Assembly: GCA_037916645.1 (NCBI GenBank)
Contig: JBAIXJ010000103.1
Span: 1-31,343, forward strand
DNA: 31,343 nucleotides
Source: Opitutales bacterium
GTDB lineage: Bacteria > Verrucomicrobiota > Verrucomicrobiia > Opitutales > Opitutaceae
Reading direction: 5' to 3'
Positions 24,123 to 30,864 of this stretch are shown here, one piece after another. The stretch's first letter is position 1. Each line of letters starts with the position of its first letter. Made by a program: the position numbers and the translations under genes. Under the pieces are notes generated by a model. It saw nothing but the letters and a program-made list of their open reading frames with translations. It did not search any database and was not told where the DNA came from.

Positions 24123-25214
24123 TTACTCCGCTTCGCTTTCGGGATCGCCGGCCGCCGGAGTCATGGGTCGGCCGATGTTCTCGCGCAGGGTGTCGAGGTT
24201 CTCCCGGACCAAGTCGCCCATCGTTTGGCACCGATGGTATCGCTCGGACCGGAAATGCTCGGCGAGGCCCTCGCGCAGTTCGATCACCTTGTCGTCGGGC
24301 GCGATGCGGTCGCCGGACATGACTTGGAGCAGAAAACCGAGACGGTGCGCGGCGATCTCGGAGCGCTGGAGCATCAGCGTCTGCTCCTCGCGCTGGTATT
24401 GGAGCGAGGTCTCATAGCGGAGATGCTTCAGGCAGTAGAGCGCGAGGGGGGTGTTTTCCTTGAAGAACTGCGGGAGATAGAAGTTCTTGCGGCCGTTGTA
24501 GGATTGCTGGTCAAAATCCATCGCGCGGATGCGGATCTGGGCGTCCTCAAAGTCGGGCATGATCACGAAAACGAAGTTGTATGATCGCATGTCGCCGAGG
24601 AGCCGGATGAAACAACGCTCGTTGAATTTCACCAATTCCTTGGCCACGCGCACCGGCTTCAGCTCGTGATTGTGCAGCCAGCGCTCGATGAAGACATCGC
24701 CCGGGATGCCGGGAATGTGCTCCTCGACGAGCGTGTTGCCGCTCGTCAGGAAGCTGAGGCGGTTGGGTGAAAGGAGGTGTTCGAGTTCGAGGCCGTAAAC
24801 CCGCGAGGCATCGGCCTTCTTGATGTAGAAGTAGTCGGCGTTGTCGTTGTACGCGTTGACGATGCGGATGCGAAACGGCTGGGAATTGCCAAAGGCGCAG
24901 AAATCGACCCGATCGATGTAGAGGTGGGCCATGACGGAGAAGTCGCCGTCGACCTTGAGCAGGGCGTAGATGCGTTTGAGGTCCTCGTTGAGGGCGCGCA
25001 TGTTTTCCGCCTGATAGAGCACGGTCTCCCACAGCGTGAGCTGGCCGCTTGCGTCCACGAGCTGGGCCGTGTCGCTGTAATCCCGCAGGCGTTCATAGGT
25101 CACGGGCAGTTCGCGGTCGCGCCGGTACCGGCGCAAATAGCTCCGGAGCTCATCGATGATCGGATAGCTCGGCTTCTTCTGCGTGCGGAGGATGTTCGCC
25201 GCGTCAGCGGGCAT
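24123..25214 (-). CDS. Uncharacterised protein with protein-kinase-like (PI3K/PI4K/HipA-like) catalytic motifs, 363 aa
   Basis: Clearly coding; YFYIKK (beta3 Lys), LVEEHIPG (hinge-like), LLGDMRSYNF (D-x4-N catalytic loop), IRAMDFDQ (DFG-like). Start at 25214 supported by promoter geometry. Confidence 0.7.
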   Translation of the reverse strand: MPADAANILRTQKKPSYPIIDELRSYLRRYRRDRELPVTYERLRDYSDTAQLVDASGQLTLWETVLYQAENMRALNEDLKRIYALLKVDGDFSVMAHLYIDRVDFCAFGNSQPFRIRIVNAYNDNADYFYIKKADASRVYGLELEHLLSPNRLSFLTSGNTLVEEHIPGIPGDVFIERWLHNHELKPVRVAKELVKFNERCFIRLLGDMRSYNFVFVIMPDFEDAQIRIRAMDFDQQSYNGRKNFYLPQFFKENTPLALYCLKHLRYETSLQYQREEQTLMLQRSEIAAHRLGFLLQVMSGDRIAPDDKVIELREGLAEHFRSERYHRCQTMGDLVRENLDTLRENIGRPMTPAAGDPESEAE

Positions 25215-25221
25215 GCAGGGG

Positions 25222-25249
25222 AGCATAGCAGAGAGCGAAGGGCAGGCAA
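25222..25249 (-). promoter_or_regulatory. Promoter for the kinase-like gene, leaderless geometry
   Basis: TTGCCT (25249-25244), N16, TATGCT (25227-25222), N7, ATG (25214). Confidence 0.62.
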
Positions 25250-25329
25250 CCCGCCATCTTCGGACACCGGGTGGCCTTGCGGTCTCCGCCGCGCTGCGGG
25301 CATGACGCCTCCCGCGACGACGGCCGCGC

Positions 25330-26235
25330 TTACCCGGACGCCAGCAACAGCCGACGGACACCCTCGATGGGTGGCTCAAGGATCGGCTGCAGGCGGACCG
25401 GCCACGCGCGGTTGGCGGCAAGAGCCTGCAACGCCTGGAGGCAGGGGGGGGTATTCAACAGCGCCCCGGAAACCCCGCAGGGGATTGGCCTCTCGGCGGT
25501 CGCGCGCGGGAAGAGGCGTTGCAGCATGGCGTCCACCAACGCGGCCATTTCGGCGATGGAATCGGCGACGATGCGTTGGGCCGCAACGTCGCCCTGCCCG
25601 GCCAGCTCGACCACGTGTGGAGCAAAGGACGCGATGCTGGCATGGGCGTCCGGCGCCAGATGGAAATGCCGGGAGTTGGCGATGTAGTCGGTGAGCCCGG
25701 TATGCTGGCGGAGGGCCGCGGCCAGCCGGGAGGGTTCCGCCCAGCCCTGCAGCTCGAGCAGGGCGCGCGCGATGCCGCGGCGGCCGACATCGTAGCCGCT
25801 CCCGCAATCGCCAAACCGCCAGCCGAGGCCTCCCGCATAGTGCAGAGCGCCGTCCGTGGCACGTGCGGCAAGAAAGGAGCCCGTGCCGGCGTGCAGGACC
25901 AAGCCCGGCTGTCCACGGGTGGCAAGCTCAAGCACGGGAAGCGAATCCGGAGCAGTCTCCACGGGTCCATAGCCTTCGAGCAGGGAGGCCGCCTCTTTCC
26001 AGAACGAGCGACTGCCCGCCAGGCACAGCAGGGTGCGGCTGATCGGGTCGGGGGACCGTCCGGCCATCAACGCTTGCAGCGCTTCGCGCAGAATCACGGG
26101 GGCCCGCTCGTGTCCCACCAGGCTCGGATTGCAGCCCGGCGCGGTGTGACGGTTGGCAACCCGCCCGGCCGCATCGAGCAGGATGCATTCGGTCTTGGTG
26201 CCGCCTCCGTCGACGCCGATCCTCCAGGCATTCAT
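25330..26235 (-). CDS. BadF/BadG/BcrA/BcrD-family ATPase, N-acetylglucosamine-kinase-like, 301 aa
   Basis: IGVDGGGTKT, LCLAG, VLHAGTGS, GGLGWRFGDCGSGYDVG motifs. Confidence 0.85.
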   Translation of the reverse strand: MNAWRIGVDGGGTKTECILLDAAGRVANRHTAPGCNPSLVGHERAPVILREALQALMAGRSPDPISRTLLCLAGSRSFWKEAASLLEGYGPVETAPDSLPVLELATRGQPGLVLHAGTGSFLAARATDGALHYAGGLGWRFGDCGSGYDVGRRGIARALLELQGWAEPSRLAAALRQHTGLTDYIANSRHFHLAPDAHASIASFAPHVVELAGQGDVAAQRIVADSIAEMAALVDAMLQRLFPRATAERPIPCGVSGALLNTPPCLQALQALAANRAWPVRLQPILEPPIEGVRRLLLASG

Positions 26236-26315
26236 ACCCGTGACGGGCAGGCGCCGCCGGGGGGCGGAGACGCCGGGGATTCTATCTTCGAGAGAAGGAT
26301 TTTCATTTTTGCGGC

Positions 26316-27209
26316 TCAGGGCTCCCAGCGCCCGTAGATCCCGCAGGGAAGCGCGCGCCCGTCAGAGGCGATCGGCAGGCCGATTTCGCCGGCGCTGATC
26401 TGCCCGTCGCCCGCCGGAAGCAGTCCGGCCAGCAGGTTGAGCAACACCGTCGGCGAAAGCCGGGCGGTGTAGGCGTTGACCAAGAAGAACAGGGGTCGGT
26501 CGCCCAAGAGGCGGCGGCAATCAATCATCAGGTTCCACAGGTGGTCCTCGAGCTTCCAGAGCTCACCGCTGCCGCCGCGGCCGTACGTGGGCGGATCCAT
26601 GACGATGGCGTCGTACCGGCGCCCGCGCTTCAATTCCCGCCGCACGAATTTGAGGCAATCGTCGACGATATAGCGGATCGGAGCAGTTTCGAGGCCCGAA
26701 AGGCCCGCATTGTCGCGGCACCATTTCACCATGCCCTCCGCAGCGTCGACATGGCAGACGCTGGCGCCGGAAGCGGCCGCCACGCAGGTCGCCGCGCCGG
26801 TATAGCCGAAAAGATTGAGCACGCTGACGGGCCGATCGGCGGTGCGGATTTTCGCGGCGCACCAATCCCAATTGACCGCCTGTTCGGGAAACAAACCGGT
26901 GTGTTTGAACCCGGTGGGCCGAATCTTGAACGTGAGGTTGAGGGGTGCGTACCGGATGGTCCAATGCTCGGGCAAAGGGCGACGGAATTCCCATCGGCCG
27001 CCGCCGCTGGCGGAGCGATGATAATAGCCGTCCCAGTCCCGCCAGGGCGCCCCGGCGGGTTGCCCGTGGCGCGGCCATATGATTTGCGGATCCGGGCGCA
27101 CCAAGGTGTAGGGGCCCCAGCGTTCCTGTTTCATGCCATCGCCGCAATCGAGCAGCCGGTACTCGGTCCAGCGGTCTGCGAGCAGGAACCCCGATCGTTC
27201 GACGCGCAT
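26316..27209 (-). CDS. Class I SAM-dependent methyltransferase (RlmI/RlmK-like), about 297 aa
   Basis: DCGDGMKQERWG, KHTGLFPEQAVNW, VLNLFGYTGAAT, HVDAA, DCLKFV, DAIVMDPPTYG motifs. Start uncertain (27209 or 27233). Confidence 0.85.
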   Translation of the reverse strand: MRVERSGFLLADRWTEYRLLDCGDGMKQERWGPYTLVRPDPQIIWPRHGQPAGAPWRDWDGYYHRSASGGGRWEFRRPLPEHWTIRYAPLNLTFKIRPTGFKHTGLFPEQAVNWDWCAAKIRTADRPVSVLNLFGYTGAATCVAAASGASVCHVDAAEGMVKWCRDNAGLSGLETAPIRYIVDDCLKFVRRELKRGRRYDAIVMDPPTYGRGGSGELWKLEDHLWNLMIDCRRLLGDRPLFFLVNAYTARLSPTVLLNLLAGLLPAGDGQISAGEIGLPIASDGRALPCGIYGRWEP

Positions 27210-27275
27210 GCCAGGGATGGTTTGAGCGTGCACGGTGAGGACGCCGCCCGGAATTGTCGAGGAAAGGCGGCGGCG

Positions 27276-27893
27276 TCAGGTTCCGTACAGCCGGTCGCCG
27301 AAGTCGCCCAGCCCTGGAAGGATGTATTTCCGGGCGTTGAGTTCACGGTCGAGGGCCGCCAGAAAGATGGACACGTCGGGATGCCGCTGCTCGACCAAGG
27401 CCACGCCCTCGGGCGCGGCGACGATGCAGACCAGGGCGACGTCCCGCCCGCCGGCCGCCTTGACCACATCGAGCGCCTGCACCGCGGAACCTCCGGTCGC
27501 CAGCATCGGGTCCACGATCAACACCCGCGTGCGACCGAGGGGCGGCAGCTTGCAGTAATAGGAGTGCGCGATGGCCGTGGCGTGATCGCGCTCCAGGCCG
27601 ATGTAGCCGACGCTGACGTCCGGGAACAGGTCCAGAAAGGGGTCAACCATGCCGAGTCCGGCGCGCAGGATTGGCACGATCACCAGGGGCTTGGCGAGGA
27701 TGCGCCCCGTCGCGGGCTCCAGCGGCGTTTCAATGGGCTTCTCTTCAGTCGCGAGGTCGCGCGTTGCCTCCAAGGCGAGCAGCAACGTGATTTGGTCGCA
27801 CAGGGTGCGGAAAAGGGCCGGCTTGGTGGTCCGGTCGCGCAGATGCGTGAGCACGTGAGCCGCGAGGGGGTGCTGGATGATGATTGGGGTCAT
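27276..27893 (-). CDS. upp: Uracil phosphoribosyltransferase, 205 aa
   Basis: HPLAAHVLTHLRD, VPILRAGLGM, IGLERD, PRPP-binding DPMLATGGS, YILPGLGDFGDRLYGT. Confidence 0.96.
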   Translation of the reverse strand: MTPIIIQHPLAAHVLTHLRDRTTKPALFRTLCDQITLLLALEATRDLATEEKPIETPLEPATGRILAKPLVIVPILRAGLGMVDPFLDLFPDVSVGYIGLERDHATAIAHSYYCKLPPLGRTRVLIVDPMLATGGSAVQALDVVKAAGGRDVALVCIVAAPEGVALVEQRHPDVSIFLAALDRELNARKYILPGLGDFGDRLYGT

Positions 27894-28075
27894 GGCGAAG
27901 GCCGGCTCGGTGGGCGGCAACAGCCAAGCAGAACGACGGACCACTTGCCAAACCCCAAAGCGGATGGCTGGGCCGCCGTTCGGCGCGCCGCGGCCAGGGA
28001 GACGGGATCCCGGGTTCGGCGCGCGGTTTGGCTGGCGTGAAGCCGGAGCCGCCGCATGATGGTCGCCGGCGCGCC

Positions 28076-28161
28076 GCCCGGGTGGCGGAATGGTAGACGC
28101 TGGGGACTTAAAATCCCCTGACCGCTAGGTCATGCGGGTTCGATCCCCGCCCCGGGCACCA
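28076..28161 (+). tRNA. tRNA-Leu, anticodon TAA
   Basis: Acceptor stem GCCCGGG/CCCGGGC, discriminator A and encoded CCA; D arm GGCGGAATGGTAGACGC; anticodon arm GGGGA-CTTAAAA-TCCCC; long variable arm; T loop GGTTCGATCC. Confidence 0.97.
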
Positions 28162-28493
28162 GTCTTCGCTCTCGCGGCCGCGCGACGAAGATTGGGGTCT
28201 ACGCCAAAAATTGGGGAGGGGGTTGGTTGGGGGTTGAGGTTCATGGGTTAGCCGCACTGCGCGATGACGCGCAGCCCTCGCCGTCCGTGTCGGCCATAGA
28301 TATCGTACGAGGGTCGTCGTGGTGCAGGATGCCCTGGGTTGCTGCACTGAGGCGGGGCCGTCAGCCGATCCGTAGGTTGCTTTGGCCTTGCCCATGCTCG
28401 AATCCGTTCTAGGTGTGAACACGGATCGCGAATTCGCATGACCTGCCATCGTTACCAACCCCGGGGAGTCCGATCCCCAGACGGGCGACCGGC

Positions 28494-29072
28494 TTGAAGA
28501 TCGGATTCCTAGGCGGCAGTTTCGACCCGGTGCATTTCGGCCACCTGCTGGCGGCGCAGGATGTGTACGAACAGTACAGGCTTGATCGGCTCTTCCTGGT
28601 GCCCGCGGCCCAATCACCGCTTAAGCCGCAGGAGATGCAGTCCGCCGTCGAAGACCGCTTGGCGATGCTGCGCGCAGCCATTGAGTGGGACCGGAGGTTT
28701 GAGATTTCCGATGTGGAACTGCAGCGCGGGGGAATAAGCTATACCATTGATTCGGCGCGCTACTTTCGGGCCAGGTTCCCCCAGGATGAACTCTATTGGA
28801 TCATTGGCGGAGACCAGTTGCCGAAGATGAATCTGTGGAAGAACATCGCGGACTTGGCCGGCATGGTGGAGTTCATCTTCCTTGAGCGTCCACGGCACCC
28901 GGCAAAGGAAACGTCGCAGATCCCGGGCCTTCGCCTGCATCGCTGTGATGGCCACCTCATCGAGATAAGCTCAAGCGAGCTTCGACAGCGGGTGCGGCAA
29001 GGGCTGTCGCTGCACTACTTCTGCCCCCAGAAGGTCATCGCGTACATTGAGGCCAGGAAACTCTATCGATAG
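28494..29072 (+). CDS. nadD: Nicotinate-nucleotide adenylyltransferase, 192 aa (TTG start)
   Basis: GGSFDPVHFGH, PAAQSPLK, GGISYTIDS, WIIGGDQ, ISSSELR motifs. Confidence 0.95.
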   Translation: MKIGFLGGSFDPVHFGHLLAAQDVYEQYRLDRLFLVPAAQSPLKPQEMQSAVEDRLAMLRAAIEWDRRFEISDVELQRGGISYTIDSARYFRARFPQDELYWIIGGDQLPKMNLWKNIADLAGMVEFIFLERPRHPAKETSQIPGLRLHRCDGHLIEISSSELRQRVRQGLSLHYFCPQKVIAYIEARKLYR

Positions 29073-29077
29073 GCTGA

Positions 29078-29536
29078 ATGAAGAAAACCGCCCGATCCCA
29101 CCGTCCCGTTTTCAAAGCACCGAAATCGCTGCAGGTCGTGGTTCGCACCCTCGACGACAAGAAGGCGGAAGATCTGAGGGTCCTAAATGTGCGCGCGCAG
29201 TCATCCCTGACCGACTATCTGGTATTGGCGACCGGGACATCAGGTCCGCATCTCAGGGCATTGCGCACTGAACTGGAGAAGGCGCTCGACGGCGCCAATG
29301 TTTCAATTGTCGGGATGGAAAGCACGGAGGGTAGCGGTTGGACGGTATTCGATGCATTTGAGGTCATGGTGCATCTCTTCACGGCTGAGACCCGCGCGAA
29401 ATACCGTCTCGAGTTGCTGTGGAAGGACGCCTTCGAGGTGCCGGTCGGCCAAATCCTGCCCAAGCCCGTGCCCGCCAAGCCCTCGCGCAGCCCCAGAACA
29501 TCTCGGAACCGGATGGCAAGGGATAGCGAAGGTTGA
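29078..29536 (+). CDS. rsfS: Ribosome silencing factor (Iojap/RsfS), 152 aa
   Basis: LDDKKAEDLRVLNV, TDYLVLATGTS, WTVFDAFEVMVHLF, YRLELLW; nadD-rsfS adjacency is a common arrangement. Confidence 0.92.
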   Translation: MKKTARSHRPVFKAPKSLQVVVRTLDDKKAEDLRVLNVRAQSSLTDYLVLATGTSGPHLRALRTELEKALDGANVSIVGMESTEGSGWTVFDAFEVMVHLFTAETRAKYRLELLWKDAFEVPVGQILPKPVPAKPSRSPRTSRNRMARDSEG

Positions 29537-29910
29537 TCAAGCTCGGCGTGGCGGAGCGTTGCTCCGGCGGATCGTGACGGCTGACACGAATTGCCAGGGT
29601 CTTGAATGCCATCTTGAGTGATGGGATAAGGCCGCCAGGCTGACCAAGTCCCTGAATCGCGTCCTTAAGCCGGTAGTCAAAAGATTGACATTAAATAGCT
29701 TGTAACCCTCGAGTCTGGTTTGCCGGGTCGATTGGCGCGCATCAACACCGCGCGACTCGGACGATGCTTTCAGGGTTTCAATCGTTTTTCATAATAAGGA
29801 TCCAATTGCATCTTGCAGTGATCGTGCATCTGTACTGCACTTGAGGCTCCGGCTTCACAAACGAGGTCGGTTCATATCATACCATAGTCCAAAAAATAAA
29901 AATCCACACA

Positions 29911-30261
29911 ATGAAAGCAATTCGGTCGAACAAGGGCTTCACGCTCGTTGAGATCATGATCGTGGTGGTTATCATCGGCTTGCTCGCGGCGATGGCCATC
30001 CCGGCGTTCCAGAAGGTGCGTGCGGCGTCGCAGGACAAGACGGTGCTCAACAACATGCGCCAGCTGGGTGCGGCTGCTGACCAGTACTTCCTGGAGAACG
30101 GTACCTCCACGGCTGCAATAACCTCACTCGTGGGCTCTTCGGCGTACGTGAAGGCGCTTAACACGGTTGCCAATGAGACGTATCCTGACAGCTACACTCA
30201 GGGCACGCCCATTACGGTCACGGGCATCGCGGGCGCCCGCACGATCACCTACGTTCAATAA
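29911..30261 (+). CDS. Type IV prepilin, copy 1 (116 aa; 107 aa mature)
   Basis: Basic leader MKAIRSNKG, class III cleavage site G/FTLVE, hydrophobic helix IMIVVVIIGLLAAMAIP; no cysteines. Confidence 0.93.
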   Translation: MKAIRSNKGFTLVEIMIVVVIIGLLAAMAIPAFQKVRAASQDKTVLNNMRQLGAAADQYFLENGTSTAAITSLVGSSAYVKALNTVANETYPDSYTQGTPITVTGIAGARTITYVQ

Positions 30262-30287
30262 CGGGCTGATTGTTAATTAATTGATCG

Positions 30288-30320
30288 AACCGCCTGCATC
30301 CCAATGCAGGCGGTTTTTTT
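30288..30320 (+). terminator. Intrinsic terminator after pilin copy 1
   Basis: AACCGCCTGCAT-CCCA-ATGCAGGCGGTT perfect stem running into a T-tract to 30320. Confidence 0.9.
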
Positions 30321-30400
30321 GTACAACGAGGGGCCCCATTGACCTGCCTGTTCCAAATATGCTCTTGCAGCCTTACGGGTTTTGTAATGGGGTTGCGGCT

Positions 30401-30430
30401 GTCATTTCGCTCCGAAATGACTCCTATAAT
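30401..30430 (+). promoter_or_regulatory. Pilin copy 2 promoter: perfect palindrome over the -35 position plus consensus -10
   Basis: GTCATTTCG-CTC-CGAAATGAC (30401-30421) and TATAAT (30425-30430), ending 26 nt before ATG 30457. Confidence 0.65.
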
Positions 30431-30456
30431 CCAACAATAAGATCATCCGAAAAACT

Positions 30457-30807
30457 ATGAAATCCATTCGTTCCAGCAAGGGTTTCACTCTTGTTGAAAT
30501 CATGATCGTGGTGGTCATCATCGGTTTGCTCGCGGCGATGGCCATTCCGGCGTTCCAGAAGGTGCGTGCCGCATCGCAAGACAAGACGGTGCTCAACAAC
30601 ATGCGCCAGCTGGGTGCGGCCGCTGACCAGTACTTCTTGGAGAACGGCACCTCCACGGCGGCGATCACGTCGCTCGTGGGTTCTTCGGCCTACGTGAAGG
30701 CTCTCAACACGGTGGCCAATGAGACGTATCCGGCGAGCTTTACCCAAGGTACGCCGATCACGGTCACTGGCATCGCGGGTGCCCGCACGATCACCTACGT
30801 GCAGTAG
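30457..30807 (+). CDS. Type IV prepilin, copy 2 (116 aa; 107 aa mature)
   Basis: MKSIRSSKG/FTLVEIMIVVVIIGLLAAMAIP; differs from copy 1 at only 4 residues. Confidence 0.93.
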   Translation: MKSIRSSKGFTLVEIMIVVVIIGLLAAMAIPAFQKVRAASQDKTVLNNMRQLGAAADQYFLENGTSTAAITSLVGSSAYVKALNTVANETYPASFTQGTPITVTGIAGARTITYVQ

Positions 30808-30830
30808 GTTTTTTGAGGTTTCCCCCGTCG

Positions 30831-30863
30831 AGCCGCCCGCACAAGATGCGGGCGGCTTTTTTT
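30831..30863 (+). terminator. Intrinsic terminator after pilin copy 2
   Basis: AGCCGCCCGCA-CAAGA-TGCGGGCGGCT stem followed by a T-tract ending at 30863. Confidence 0.88.
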
Positions 30864-30864
30864 G

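Noticed and set aside
28194-28233. Four G-runs (GGGG, GGGG, GGGGG, GGGGG) that could form a G-quadruplex
   Set aside because: One loop is 15 nt long, the motif is isolated, and G-runs are frequent in this DNA; no functional support.
28441-28447. ACCTGCC resembling the 3' end of a B12 box upstream of nadD
   Set aside because: The rest of the cobalamin riboswitch consensus is absent and nadD is not a B12-related gene.
29685-29713. TTGACA upstream of pilin copy 1 as its promoter
   Set aside because: No acceptable -10 hexamer at 16-18 nt spacing; the copy 1 promoter could not be assigned.
29911-30807. Short pilins as electrically conductive e-pili
   Set aside because: Aromatic content is 8 of 107 (about 7.5 percent); F1, F24, Y50 and F51 are present but the Geobacter-type aromatics at 27, 32 and 57 are missing, leaving a 25-residue aromatic-free gap.
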